From Mizuhopecten yessoensis (Eukaryota), in contig NW_018405139.1 in the NCBI RefSeq assembly GCF_002113885.1, positions 1,573,797 through 1,637,796 on the forward strand: 64,000 nt of DNA. The letters are read 5' to 3'. The translations under genes were made by a program, and so were the position numbers. Positions 1 to 13,957 of this stretch are shown here, in pieces. Each line of letters opens with the position of its first letter. Positions within the stretch are counted from its first letter, which is position 1. The notes below the pieces were generated by a model. It ran no database searches. It was not told where the DNA came from and saw nothing but the letters and a program-made list of their open reading frames with translations.

Positions 1-227
1 TAGAAATTGATTTCACAAAGGAAACCTTAATTCTATTTCAAAATACGTTACCACAGTCATTATAATGCGAATTCGACTTACCGCAGTGGTGTCTCCGTGG
101 AGCGATGAAGGGTTCCAACAATAGAACCCATACCTCCGGAGGAAAAACTCAAAATACCTTTTCTTTTGTGACACAGAGCCTGATTACGACCAGCGTTCCG
201 GATTACGCGGAGAAGATATAATGAGGG

Positions 228-1320
228 TTATGCAAAAGAAGAGGGAGGATAGACAACGGACTGGGCAGCCACAAGAGGGCCAAAAGAATACAACCCGTCA
301 GACTGTCCCGACAAAGATCGGAGATAGAACTCCGTAAACGTAGAATGACCCCTCCAAACAGCAGCTGTCATGACCTCAGCGTAAGAAGAACCATTAAATA
401 AGGCCCACGAAGTAGCTAAAGCGCAAACCTCATGAGCCCTTATAACCCCTGACACCCGCAAGGACTGATCCCCTGCCGACTCATACGCAGCTCGAACAGT
501 CTGAACAATCCAGCGTGAGATGGTCGCTGCAGAGATATCAGAGCGACCGGGCTGGAGAGACTGGAACAGCCGAGACGAGTGTCCCGCCCCCCCCTCTGTT
601 CTGGCCAAGTAGTAACGCAAGGCCCGAACTGGGCAGAGCAGGCGATCAGGACAATCCCCATCCAGAGTTGAAGCCAAAGAAGGGATAACCACAAGCCCTG
701 GGGTGAAACCGGGAACCTGGTTCTTAGCTAAAAAGGAGGGATCAGTGGTCACCGAGACCGAAGAATGGCCAGCCGAAAAACGAAGGCAAGAAGAAGATCT
801 GCTGAAAGCATGAATCTCGCTTCTGCGGCGACCGGAAGCAAAGGCTATCAAGAACACAGTCTTGAAAGTAAGAAACTTCCGATCTGTCGACTGGAGGGGC
901 TCGAATGGCGCCCTTAACAAGGAATCTAGCACAAGTGCTAAATTCCACCTAGGGACCAATTGCCGTGAACGAGGCTTCTCAATGTAGAAGCCCCTAATGA
1001 GAGCCGACAATGAAGCGTCCGAGCCCACTGACTTGCTACCATAGAAAGCCAGCACACTAGCAATGGCTGAACGATAGCCTGCAATAGTTCCCGGAGACAG
1101 ACCTTTGTCCCTGAACAGAGACAAAAGAAAGTCAGCTACAACGGGAACAGAGGCAGAGACTGGATCAATCGACCGTCCGACATACCAATCACCGAAGGCG
1201 GACCATCGAGATTGGTAGACGGCGGAAGACGAAGGTCTAAGTGATCCTGCGATGCGAGTTGCAACTTCTCGAGAAAAGCCCGTCTGAGTGAGCCTTCCCG
1301 AGATAGCATCCAACCCTGAA
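228..1320 (-). pseudogene. DIRS tyrosine recombinase (C-terminal ~360 aa of the 786-aa ORF), catalytic HxxR Arg mutated
   Basis: Motifs GRRRSEI, LLCPVRAL..YL, RAHEVCALATSWA (canonical HxxR; TGC at 423-425 replaces CGC), AVWRGHSTFTEFYLR. Stop at 228-230. Confidence 0.88.
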
Positions 1321-2360
1321 GGTGGAGCCGTTCTGGTTCCGAGTAGAACTGCCGGGACCTCGGTTGAGACAGCAGATCCCACAGGGGTGGGATGCTGCGC
1401 GGGAAGTCCACCGGAAGCCGAAGCAACAGAAGAAACCAAGGTTGTCGAGGCCAGAGCGGTGCAACCAGAAACACAGTACAAGGGTGTAGAAGAATATTCT
1501 CCAACACCCTGCCCACCAGATTGAAGGGAGGAAACGCATACGCGTACATTCCCGATCAGTCCTGGGATAGAGTATCCACCACCATGGCCATAGGATCTGG
1601 AACCGGAGACACAAACGTAGGAAGTCGAATGTTCAGGGCCGTGGCGAACAGATCCACATGGCGTCTGTTCCAAACCAGGCAAAGAGACCGGAACACCGAA
1701 CGCTTGAGGGTCCATTCGGTGAGAACCGGGCTCCGAGACCCAGACAGAGTGTCGGCCAGAACATTCAGACGACCTGGAAGGTGCCTCACCGTGAGATCGA
1801 GACTGATCTCCTGACACAGCAACAGGACCTGGGTGGATAAAGCACAAAGAGCCGGGGAACGGGTGTCCCCCCTGGCGCTGCAGATAAGCCACCACAGTGG
1901 AGTTGTCTGTCGCCAGACAAATGACCTTGCCCTGCAGGGAGGGCCGAAGACCCCAAGGTCTGAAAGCTGTTCCCCCGGACACACCCCCGCCGACGTCTGA
2001 CCGGAAAGGTATGCACCCCAACCGGTCATGGACGCGTCGGTGTAAAGGGTCATAGCAGGAGATGCCCGAACCAGAGGAACTCCTGCCAAGACATTGCTGT
2101 CGAGAGTCCACCAACGAGCTGATGCCTTCACCGACTCCGGCAGAGGAATGTACACATCCCACTGCCGAGACACAGGAGACCAAACTGACAGAAGGAACAG
2201 CTGGAGCGGACGGATGTGAAGCCGACCCAAGGGAACCACATCCCACTGAATTCAGGTAACCGAGGAACCGACCAGAACGGAGACCAACAGAGAGGCCTTC
2301 TCGAACATGAAAGCTGGTGGAAGGACAAACCCTAGATCGGTTCTGAACCGAGAACCTAGG
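1320..2360 (-). pseudogene. DIRS pol remnant: RT C-terminus, RNase H and N6-adenine-methyltransferase-like domain, with frameshifts and a stop
   Basis: GSRFRTDLGFVLPP, LYTDASMTGWGA, TDNSTVVAYLQRQGG, RHLPGRLNVLADTLS, VDLFAT, YAFPPF, APLWPRQPWF. Frame switches near 1975 and 1870. TGA at 1556-1558 where Trp is expected. No YxDD RT core found. Confidence 0.85.
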
Positions 2361-5261
2361 GCCACCTACACACCCGCCGCCATAAGCCACACCTGGCTGA
2401 CCTGACCAACTCCACCCAAACTGACCTACAGCAGGGCCTAAACCTGTAGGGCCAGTAAAACAAGCCCCACCAGAGGAGCAGCGTGCACCGTCAAACCAAA
2501 CGCAGCCGCGCTGGCACCTACCATAGGAAAACCTGGGGATGAGGCACAAGGGATAGAGCTGGTAGCATAGGTTTTTTTCACTTACCACCGGTGGACAGTG
2601 GTGGACGGCGTGCTAGACGCTATCACCACGCCAGGGGCTACATCAGGGATGCAAGGAACCCCGGGAGCAGACAAAACTGCCGGGGGCCGGTCTCCGACAC
2701 CAACACCCTCAGGAGTGGAGCGGACCGGCAGGAGGCTACCAACAGAAGCATCCGCGGACACAACANNNNNNNNNNNNNNNNNNNNNNNNNNNNNNNNAAG
2801 GGGGGGGGGGGGGGGGGGGGGGTGTGTTGAGAGAAAGGTCCGGGTCCAATGAAACAAATTATTTTACAACGGCCCCGGTACGGGTCGCAACCGCCGAACG
2901 AACCCCAGGGAAGATTCAACAGAGGTCGAAATTCCGCGGGTGTTCTCCTACCCCTCCTACCCGACTTACCTGAACGACCTCGCGGGCGGGGAGAACCACC
3001 GGCAGGAGTCGGCTGCCAGGCACGGCAAATGTCACACGGCTGCTCCAGAGAGCAAGACCGACAACTAAAACAGTAAGGGTGGGGGTCTCCATCTCAAAGT
3101 AAACAAACCGTCAAACGCGAACACGTGGCCGGAGCCTGGTCGCAAAAAGGCGCAAAATAAAGCAAAACGCTAAATTAAAACAAAATAAAGTAATATAGCA
3201 TTAAAGGATACAATATATATCGGTACAAACAACGCCAGTAGCAGTTGGAACCCGGTAGAAGAAACCAAAACACGTCCGTAAACACGGAAGCCTGAAGGAA
3301 TTTTGAAGTGGGAAGCATGGCTTCGTGTCTGATCACGTGCGTGAATACTGCCGTCTGATTGGTGGGTTTTCCAGGGGTTCCCCATGGGGGGAAATTCTTT
3401 ATTTACGTATGTAAAGAGCCAAGTAAGGTTGGAATATGCATTATAATGACTGGTAACGTATTTTGAAATAGAAAGGAAAACAAGATTTCATTCTTTCTGC
3501 ATGAAGGGCTATTTGTTTTTCATCAAGGTATGTTTTCTTCATTGTTTTCTATATGCCTTCAATTGTTAACAAAATAATAATTGAACAATAAATACATTAA
3601 AACGCCTTAATGAATAAGACACTTTGTTATATATTTGCCGATCTTACGCTCTTACTCCAGTAATGTGAATTTAAGATCCTGCTTGCGAGCAAATATGGTT
3701 TTCAATTGTTCAAATGCATAATTGTTAACTTTCCCTTCTTTATTAAAAAATATATCATTGGATTTGACATTTTTTTCAAAAGTTATATTCATTTTTATGT
3801 TTCTGACCAACGAACTCCATACCAGTACCAAAAAACCCGCCAATGAAACTATGCATGTTCTGATCAAATGCACAACCTGGTCAACGAATTCAGAATCATT
3901 GAGATGGAGGTTACCGTATGTAGAAAAGTCGTTGAAATTCTCTAGTGTTTTGCCTGCATTGTGTCAAGATCCTTTAAAGACCTATTATTTGGGTATTAGA
4001 GTGTTAATAAGCAGACTACTTGATTGGATTTGACGACTGCCACATGATGCACAAAAACACATGTCTTCCTAAACCCTTCATTTTGCCTGCGGTGGAGCTC
4101 CTATTTCATCTTTCGACCTCGCGTATAGATATATGTAGCTTGTTTTAAAGCAGTTTTTGTCACTGAATAGTTAATGCAGAATTTCAAATGATATTTGAAA
4201 ATATTTGAAATACATGTATTTTATGCCATATATAAATACGACAATACCCATCTATATAAACACCCTCCAAAACAGTTGTAATACCGTACATGACCTTTGC
4301 ACACCACAATGAATGACGCATACAAATAGATTATGCAATTCACTGGTGTACGTTCAGTTGCTAACCGGAAATGTATTACATCTAGTTTAGAAGTCGGGCT
4401 ATATATTATTTATTCATTTAGGAAGTCCTTATATATAGCTAAATTATAATTCTACTTACACAGTATTTGTTTAGTTTTGATCTATATGCTACAGTGTAGA
4501 ACAATGTAAGTTGCATGTAGTGAAAGACGATTTACGGGTCATCTGATCCCCTTTGATCCACCATTTAAGTTCAGTTACACATGACTACATAGTACAGCAC
4601 TGTATTACATTACAAGGGATGCAACTCTTACGTGATGATCACCATCAAAGTATTTGTCATCGTGTGCCTCAACTCAAAATTCATCTAATGTTAAAGATAC
4701 ATTTTTTATTATTAGACTAAGGCATAGAGACATCAAAGAATCCACAAGTTAATAAATCAATTGATATACCTCATTTATAAGCCATAAAAACGTAAATATT
4801 GAAGTTATTTTATTCCCACCTGAAAACATTAACACTATTTTAAAGTAAATCTTACTCCTTTGGGAAGCAAAAAAAAAAAAAGAAAAGAGGCTGAAAAACA
4901 TAAAACTCTTTCCTCTCGAAAGGCTGTTTTAAAATATAAATCCCTAAGAAATCCAAGTTTGTGCCATTTACGACAACATGCTTATATAATGTTATATCCA
5001 TCTTTTCGGTGCTTTGAAATCGATACAAATTATATCAAAATAAACAAATCAGATCTCAGCCAATTAGATTATAGGAATGTTTCAAGTCATTCAATAACAT
5101 TTGTATGCTTTAAGAAAAGCGTCTTTGATAGATTCTCGGAAAGGGAAATATTTTAGGCGAAGTGCCAAAACGAAGAAGATTGAATAAAATACGTTCTATA
5201 CATGCACATATACTGTCAATACAAGTATGTTAAAATCCTTCTCAATATAAAGTAGAAAATG

Positions 5262-6030
5262 ATATACCACAGGCATAGCGTCAAGACAAAAATCAAATTT
5301 ATATATACCATTGGCATAGCGTTTAGACACAGTTAAATTGTATATACCATTGTCATAGCGTCAAGACAAAGTAGAAACTTATTTACCATTGGCATAGCGT
5401 CAAGACAAAGTAGAAACTTATTTACCATTGGCATAGCGTAAAGACAAAGTAGAAACTTATTTACTATTGGCATAGCGGCACAAAGTTAAAACGCCGTAAA
5501 TACCATTGGCATAGCGTCAATACAGTGGAAAATTATAATCCATTGGCATAGCGCCAAGACAAAATAAAAACTTATATGCCGTAGGTATAGTGTCAATGCA
5601 GTGGAAACTTATATACCATTGGCATAGCGTCAATACAGTGGAAACTTATAAACTGTTGGTATAGCGTCAAATCAAAGATAAACATATCTACCATTGGCAT
5701 AGCGCCAAGACAAAGTAAAAACATTATAAATTTGGCATAGCGTCCAGACAAAATAGAAACGTATATATCGTAGGTATAGCGTCAATGCAGTGGAAACTTC
5801 TATTCCATTGGCATAGCGTCAGGACAAAGTAGAAACTTCTATTCCTTTGGCATAGCGTCAAGATAAAGTTTAAACTTATTTACCATTAGCATAGCGCCAA
5901 GACAAAATAGAAACTTATTTACAACAGGCATAGCGTCAAAACAAAGTAAAAAACTTATATACCATTGGCATAGCGTCAGTACAACGTAAAAACATAAAAC
6001 CTATACACATAGCGTCAGGATAAGATAGAA
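5262..6030. repeat. Minisatellite, 39-bp unit, ~19 diverged copies
   Basis: CCATTGGCATAGCGTCAAGACAAAGTAGAAACTTATTTA recurs at 5308, 5347, 5386, 5425 and onward. Confidence 0.95.
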
Positions 6031-7042
6031 CACTATAGAATATAAACATAATGTGAAGACAAAATATAAAATGATATAATATAAGAACGCTAGTAATAAT
6101 ACGAAAGTCAAAGTTGATACTAATACACATCAGTAGGAACCTAAGAAAAAGCAAATGAAAGAAAAACAATGTCAAAATAATCTGGGTAATTTCAGCCACG
6201 CATTTATCCACTACGTACATTTTCAAATGATTTCTGCGGGAAAATATCTTTAAAATGAATAGTATGTATGTTGAATATTTGCAACCATATTAGCTGTCGG
6301 TGTCTTTCCTAATATCATATGGGATAGGAATAAGATTAAATCACATAAATCAATAAATGACAAAAAAGTACACATAACAGAAACAAAATACAGGATCTTA
6401 CATGAGTTTCGATGTCATATTTAATTAATTGAACTCGTTCAAAAACCTGATTAAGTGCCATATCAATTATTGTACGAGTTTAATAAATTCAATATGACAT
6501 GAAATATCCTTTCCAGTAGGAAATAAGGATTCGGCGAGTGTATCAAAATGAGGTTAACGTACGTACTTCTGTTAAGCAATCAAGAAGTAATACTCTGTAC
6601 TACGAAAATGGTGGAATAGCAAGTTTGATTGTGTACAACGTATATGCCGAGAGGTTTCGTAAACACTAATACATTCTGTTGGCTATAAAATGGTTGCTAG
6701 TAAGACTCGCCTGATTGGATCATATGATGACGTGCCGGGTCGTTAACTAGAGCCTGAACAACGTCCAGTCGTGGTCTATCTGTCATTTATAGTTCTGACT
6801 GGTTTTGTCTGAAATGGACAAGGGCGATGTTTACGTTAAATACTCGGGATGACAAGAAGGATTCCCACGGAAACAAGGTAAGTCTGATCTAGTTCTAGTG
6901 TACAGGATAATGTGTTGTTAATTATCCAGTACCAGGTTTTTACCAAAATTATTAGAATCATTTTTGACAATAGTTTTCTGCCATGATATGGAACAAAATC
7001 ATTGAAGCTATTCTGATACGTTTTGTTTCTAAATAGATAAGA

Positions 7043-10000
7043 ATGATGTCACCAAGACTGCTACTGTACAGCATTTTAAGTGTGCTGTCACTGCCGGGAA
7101 ATGTGTACTCCTTAACACCTTTACAGTGAGTATAACTAGTAATTAACCTCCTAAAAAAAGCTAAAGTAGCAAGGTTAATTTTGGAGATATGACCATAAAG
7201 AAAATAGTCATCATCGATACTCAAGGGGTTGCGATTCATTTCGCTCTCTGCAACCCTGGAATATGTCATAGCAAAATCGAAAGCTCAGTACCAGTGTGCA
7301 CACATTGTTGATTAGATGAAAAGACTAGTTTGATCCTTTGATGAACATCAAAAGAATCTGACGGTCGCGTAACGGTACCATTGACTGGCTTTGAAATCGG
7401 GTGTGCTCCTCTGTAATCTTCAAAGTTCAGGTACATGTATCAACCTTAGCGATTGGTTAGTTTCATTTTACCTGAGACCAATCAAATAGCTCGCCGCATT
7501 CCTTCAATTTTGCTTTGACATATTCCAGGGGTGCAGAGAGCGAAAGTGAGAGTAACCTCAAGAGTATCGAGGATGGGAAATAATAGGTAGGTATAGAAAA
7601 GTAACGACAGGAGATCCCAGCCGCCCAGAGACCAGCATTTACATTTTGTTTTCTTCAATGAACCTTAGTAGAAGACATAGGCTTAACTCCAAATTCTGCA
7701 CGGCACCTTCATTAGTCGCCTATTACGTATATGCAGTGGGATACAGCAGGTTAATGTTTTCCCGAACTTAAATAGTTTACATTCAGAGTTTGTACAAATA
7801 TTAACTTACACATTCATAGTAATTACAATGATTGATTAACGTCTTCATAATAAGTTTAATAACGCAGTATAGAGGATTGACAACGCAATACATATTTGTA
7901 TATTTGCAAATATAAACAAAAACATTTGTTCATTAGGTACTTCGTCCAACTATCTACCTTGTATTACTTTTTCAGGAGGGATGAAGTCGAAAACATGCTC
8001 CAGAAAGACCATTCGACGCCTCCATTTTACCATACAGGTAATAACCCGTTTTGCTTTAGGGTGACGGTTCGCACATTCCTTCAATATTGGATATGCCTTC
8101 CTGTATTGTACCGATGTTCAACAATTCTTTAATACAATGAAGCATGTATGCCAAACAAAATTAAACAACATCAATATTCTGAGTTAATAGTATTTGCACG
8201 AAAATATTCACCTTTATGCTTTCTGCTTCCTAAGGAACACCTGCAGAAATATATATAGTCATATTCGTGTCTCGCGATATGTCGGCTATAAACCTTTATG
8301 CTGTCATCAATCACACTATTATATCTATTATATGGTTGTTATAGTTTCCTGATGATCTGCGTTTCCCAGTTCGGTCTGGTTATATCGATAATGCTAGTTT
8401 ACATATTCAGACATACCACACATTTTAAGGACTCTATTTTTTCTGAAGATTGTGTAATAGTGAACAATTACTGTATGTAGTTAGATATTTATTTACAGTT
8501 TTCAACTCTCATTTTACTGCTTTTGCTGTTGAGGTGTTAGATGCGACGAAAAACATCACGATGGCACACCTGTATCAAAGGGTGATCACTGCCGATTTGT
8601 TTTATGAATAACTGGACACTTCTCGTATGATCCCGCAAATAAGTTAAGTTTTATCAAAACAGTGTATCTGTTACTCTAGTAGTGGTACATATCGGATTAC
8701 CCTAAATTCTATAAAAAAGTTGTAAAAACGAAAAAAAGCAATACGCTATCCTCAGTATACTTTATTGTTTGTTAGCATTTGTCAGTTTAGACAGATACAA
8801 ATTTAATTGATACACTTAATCTATAACCATAACGTTATTTATGTTTACTTTTCATCCAGGTAATCGGACTGTGATACGAATCAGCATCTATATGACAGAA
8901 ATGAGATTTTTGAAGCGAGTGAGTATATTAAGTTGTGTTACAATCTAAACTCAATAGTGCAGTTTTATAAATCGAAATTAGCTTATGATACGTGACAAAT
9001 GATTTAAGAATAATAAAAATTAAAAAACACGGAATTTTGTGTATGTTTATTACCGGAACTTGATCGCTTGCAATCCTATTACATATCTTACTCAATTTTT
9101 TAATTAAGATGTTACGTCCTCGTATACAGCTAAGGTCATACGAATGCAGTCTCAACCAAAGTTTAGCCTTCTCATAAGTCATTATAAGTGTCACTGCAAT
9201 GAAATGTCATAATCTGGACACGGTAACATGACACTCCACCGGTAACATTATACTGATAACAGGCCAACCAGTCCTAGATGCAACACATTGTAGGCTGAAC
9301 ATAAAGAAAAAGGCAACAAGTACGATTTGCTACCAATTTGGTTTGTCTCACCCAGAGGACATTATCCATAAAGTTCCTCGCTTTCGCAGGTGTTCCAACA
9401 CCAGGACCAAAAGCGAAGTTTCACCAAGAAAAGACATTTGTCGAAACAGAGAGATAACAAAATGATCTAGATGTTGAAATTGATGCAGTAGACATATAGT
9501 GATCGCTGTTGTGTTCCCAGTGGATGGAACCAAACAATTTTCAAGTATTTCCCGTACTAATTGCCTCTGACAACATGTAACGTGTTACGTGAGGTAAAAC
9601 ACATCTATGCAGAGGACACAGAAGAAACCTTCACCGCTTCTATAGGGAAAGGAAATGGTCACTGTTTCTAAAACACTACATCTAAAATAAAATATGACAT
9701 GTTATTCACTTCATAAATTAAAATCGTCGAAACAATTTATTCTTAGACTTTTATTACTTCATATAAATCACACAAAACAATGAAAGGTTACACTGTATTA
9801 ATAACGACTTACGGTTTCACGAAAGCGTTTCCTTTTTATAATAATTACCATAACATTGAGACAGTTTCTATTTTATCGGAATATATATTTCTCAATTAAA
9901 CAAACCTTCACGATAATATATCTAGCTAAAATCATACGTGATTTATAGGAATTTAAACAATATTTGTAGATTTTCTTTTAATCAATACGTCGAGTAAGGT

Positions 10001-13000
10001 CTGTCTAAGCATCACCTTACACATTGACTATATTGCATACCGTTGGTCAATGTGCGGAAGGCAACGGGTTCTGTCCCAGGCAGAGCATATCTTAGTTTTT
10101 AATAGTGATAGTTGTTCCGGTTGGAACACTCTGATGGGTGCCTTTGGCATTGCATTAAAATGGACATCGGATCTTCGCTATCGCAATGAGGCAAATGCAT
10201 CAACATACATCATCCAGTAATCACGCTTACATTATACAAATGAAGTCATGTCTTTGAATGACTTAGCTGTTGATACATTTGCTTTATGATAAACCCTTTC
10301 AATCAAACCAAATAAGAAAAAAATCATTGTTTTTATTGCAGACTGAAGCTGATTTTACGTTTTACTATTATCAAATATGGGACGATCCTCGCCTCAAGTA
10401 CCCTTTTGCAAATACTACTGATTTTGGTTTGAAAGACTACCACGTGGTTCGAAGAAAATACTTTGATAACATATGGCTTGCTGAGAGTTACATCGAAAAT
10501 GAGTTACACTCACGTGTGCATGATTCGTCCATGTCCAATCGTTTTGTCTGGCTTCTCTCCAATGGAACACTTGTGTACAGTATGAGGTAGGTTAATAAAT
10601 TGTCATACAAGAAATGTATCCATGGATGAATATATTTCGATTTTAGTGAGGTTATGAGGTGAAAACTTCATTTGAGCACGAGTAATTTATATTATTTTCA
10701 TAGATGACGAATACCTGACCAAAAAAAAAAAAAAAATCCTTATGAGTACATTTATTTTCTGTGAATGGTTCATTTCTATATTTATCATTAGTCTGATCAG
10801 AGGGCACATATTTTGTTTCAATAAACTTAGCAACGTGTAATCGGTTCATTAGGAGTAACCGAGTAAGAGGGAACAACTTGCATAAGCCATAGTTATATCC
10901 GGCCACATCTACTGTTCATGACGTTCAACATTTGTGCATCGTTTGCAGAAAATTTACACAGCTCCGCCCACAAGTATTGTTGTCGACGTCATGGAAATTT
11001 TCAACTTCTATGACCAGGTTTTGAGATGATTACTCCAGTTTGTGGAAATAATGGAAAAAATGCTTCGTCTGATTTGTACAGGTTTTTCAATCACAAATAT
11101 TCATTGTGCCTAGTATAATGTGATAAAAAAAGATTCCAATAACCATGTACTTCAGGGGTCGGTATTGACAGATAACACTGCTGAGCATTAATGAATGTTT
11201 GAATATTTCAGAATGACTGCTGGACTTGTTTGTAATTTGCGAGGAGTTCTATTTCCAAATGCTTTATTTGTTTGCAGACTCAAGTTTCGGATTCGTAAGT
11301 TCACACAATCTTTGTTTACAATATAGTATAAACGTTAGGAACCCCTTCTGTTGTTTTGTTTGAGGGCCCATGATGGCTCAGTGGTAAAGGTATCTGACCA
11401 TCTCTGATCAGTTTCCCTCCACCACGGCTTGCGGGTTCGAAACCACCGCGAGCAGTTGCAAGGTACCCATCCGCAGGTCGGTGATTTTCTCCGGGTACTC
11501 CGGTTTTCCTGCAATCTGTGTTGGAGTAAACGTTATATGCTACCTGACACAATATACCTATGATTTTTAATAATTAGAGGTTGTAGGCTATCGTACACAT
11601 TATGTCTGTGTTAAATACGCCATCATTTAATACAGAAACAAATGATTTAAAGAATTTAATATACGTATGTCATGTAAACCTTTAGGAAAGACATTCTATG
11701 TCGCAGTAAAGTGGCATACAGCCTTAACACACAATATTTGTATCCATCATATAATAATGTTAAATTGGACAACGTTTTAGTTATCACCAAATACGTATAC
11801 ATTATTAATATTATGGATATTAAGGGAGGAACACAACAGATTTTGATCGAAAAAATAAAATATGACCATTCTTATTTCGTATTTTTATTTCATTTATTTT
11901 AAGATTCGTACACGAAAGAAAAAGTATCGTTGGAATGGGATACCCTGCAGAAGCCTATTATTCCTATGGACTTCGACAATGAGGATGTTTCGATGGATAA
12001 ATGGGAATTACTGCATTGTACCTTAGACGATAGCGCAGGTATACAGAACTTCAATATCAAAATAAAAGTGTAGATATACATCCATACAGTGTATAAAATA
12101 ATCAATTAATTCAAAGCATTAATTATCAAATATCCAATCAAATAATATAACAAAGGAGTGACGAATGGCGAAAATATACAACCAACTGCGAAAGAGACAA
12201 TTCGTCCGCTAAATCCTCTCCCTTGTGCGGCGTCTCGATTCACCACACTAGGGAAAGGTATTGGATCGGCAACCAACAGACCTTCTACTCTCGTGTTATG
12301 AACGAACAATAACCGCTTGTTCTCTGTCTGTGTCCCTTTCCGGCGGTTATTTGACAAGCTGGTTCATTGATATGCGTCCGCTCACTCTCCAGCTTAGTGC
12401 TGCATGTCGGTGTATGAGACTAATTACAGACGCTGTCATATTTAATAGACGAATTGTCTGTTTCTCAATGTGTTCGAAACTCCTTTGTAATACTTATTTC
12501 TTCTAAACTCACTAATTCTGATAGCATATCTTTCACAAGAATAGATATTCACCATATATTTACCAATTAAAATTGTATTTTGAGGGATTCTGTTCCATAT
12601 CTCAATTAATGTCATTTGACGAATCTACGTTGCATATACTTATAAAGATTGATTTCCCAGCTTCAGAATCTTTCTCCATGCTCACTTTTCCCGGGATTAT
12701 CGAATCTCTTTGTTGTTGATCGCGCACACAGTATCATTTGTCAACGATGCGGTCAGTGTAAATTCTACCTTATTTTGTCTACTCTTTTGAATTGCGTCTT
12801 ATACTCACTCATTTAAAATACATTTATTTGACATAACCAATACGTTTTTTGTGATTTGCAAATATTTTTGCTATAAATACATTGCATTTTTGATAATGAT
12901 TTTTAAGGCAATATTTCCCGTAAATTTCAGTTGTAGATAGTTCCTGCTTGGAGCTCAAACTCGGCGTCAAGGTCGGTTTTGCGAGTAATGCTGTACGTAT

Positions 13001-13957
13001 TTTCATGCCAAGTATTTTCATCGTATTAGTCGGATGGTTAAGTTTCTGGATCGAGCGATCAGAAGTGTCAGCAAGAATTAAACTTGGTACACTCTCAATG
13101 ATAGCAATGATCACGGAACAGGTAGGGGCGAAATTCTTCCTACCTGTGGATTTCAAAGTAACAGCATTCGAAGTTTGGTATATTATGTCTTTAGTTTTTG
13201 TCGTTGCTGCAATGTTTGAGTATACATTCGTACATGCTGTGGATGTGTTCCAACTGAAAGTGAAACGACAGGAGGATCAAAGAAAAGAAATACGTGAAGT
13301 GTCAGGCAGCGATGTGGATACGAATGGAGACAGTAGGGTTGGTTCTACGGACCAGATCGAAATGGACAAGATTGATTCGGTAGATATTTATTATATTACT
13401 TCAGTATTTGTGAAGCCCAAAGCCATATAAAAGGTGCAGTATATCATATTAAGTTAACAATCAGTTACTGAAGAAAATATCAATAATTGAATTTCGTTAT
13501 TATTAAAATAGTTTATGGTTTAAAAACCCCGAAAATATATCATTTTGCAACTAGTTGGTAGTAACACAAACTGGCACACTTTTAAATTGATCTCATGAGA
13601 ATTATAATAGTAATTCAAACTGAACCCACATGTTGTAAGGTCAGTGCAAAATTAAATGAACCAGTAAACGAAGTAATCGGATAATTAAGACGACTTATTT
13701 AACCATTCGTGTATTTTTCTAGTGAATAATATTATTTTGTTTCATGCTCTGTGTTCCAGGTGGGTCCCATCAATGATCAAAGTATCAGTACAGAAGATAA
13801 CAACGACTTGATGAACACCTGTTGTGCCAGGTACATCATGATGATTTCAACGGGTCGCGTGGAGAAATACTTCCGCATTTTGTATGCTATCGCCTACCTT
13901 GTTTTCCAGTTTTTCTTCTGGACTATTTCACTGAACTATGAAGAAACCAATATTTGA
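7043..13957 (+). CDS. Cys-loop ligand-gated ion channel subunit, GlyR/GluCl-like orphan, paralogue A (~437 aa). Exons 7043-7125, 7976-8037, 8860-8918, 10342-10586, 11212-11294, 11904-12038, 12931-13379, 13760-13957
   Basis: All introns GT-AG with consistent phases. Signal peptide MMSPRLLLYSILSVLSLPGNVYS. Cys-loop CNLRGVLFPNALFVC (C-x13-C). Second loop-C disulfide. M1 PSIFIVLVGWLSFWI, M2 SARIKLGTLSMIAMITEQ, M3, M4. Probable 5'UTR exon ending at donor 6877/6878 and acceptor 7035-7036. Confidence 0.92.
7209..7575. mobile_element. MITE-like element with ~70-bp imperfect TIRs (first coding intron of paralogue A)
   Basis: CATCATCGATACTC...GAGTATCGAGGATG inverted arms. Internal and terminal similarity to 59589-59897, with a fragment near 14200-14270. 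Confidence 0.75.
11362..11517 (+). mobile_element. tRNA-derived SINE with V-type domain, 3' truncated
   Basis: A box TGGCTCAGTGG, B box GGTTCGAAACC, V-domain motif TTCTCCGGGTACTCCGGTTTTCCT. Confidence 0.75.

Larger units (their letters stand above)
1..3473 (-). mobile_element. DIRS1-type tyrosine-recombinase retrotransposon, internally deleted and defective; 3' end continues beyond the left edge
   Basis: GC-rich block. Minus-strand domain order is RT C-terminus/RNase H, methyltransferase-like domain, tyrosine recombinase. The 5' terminus 3423-3473 is an imperfect inverted copy of 31-82 (ICR-like). Contains an assembly gap (N 2766-2797). Confidence 0.92.

Noticed and set aside
228-2588. 786-aa ORF as a single real protein
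   Set aside because: It is a chimeric read-through of overlapping DIRS frames created by deletions and frameshifts. Only the C-terminal ~360 aa is recombinase, plus a short RNase H piece.
2766-2822. Poly-Pro/poly-Gly ORFs and G-run
   Set aside because: They span an N gap and a homopolymer, so the assembly is unreliable here.
6849-6877. Alternative first coding exon MTRRIPTETR for channel A
   Set aside because: Phase-compatible, but it has no signal peptide. Exon 7043-7125 matches paralogue B in size and encodes one, so this is more likely a 5'UTR exon.
12824-13156. Antisense ORFs over exons (also 22767-23228, 29943-30437, 56727-57413) and the many 60-100 aa AT-rich ORFs
   Set aside because: These are shadows of real exons or chance ORFs with no recognisable motifs.
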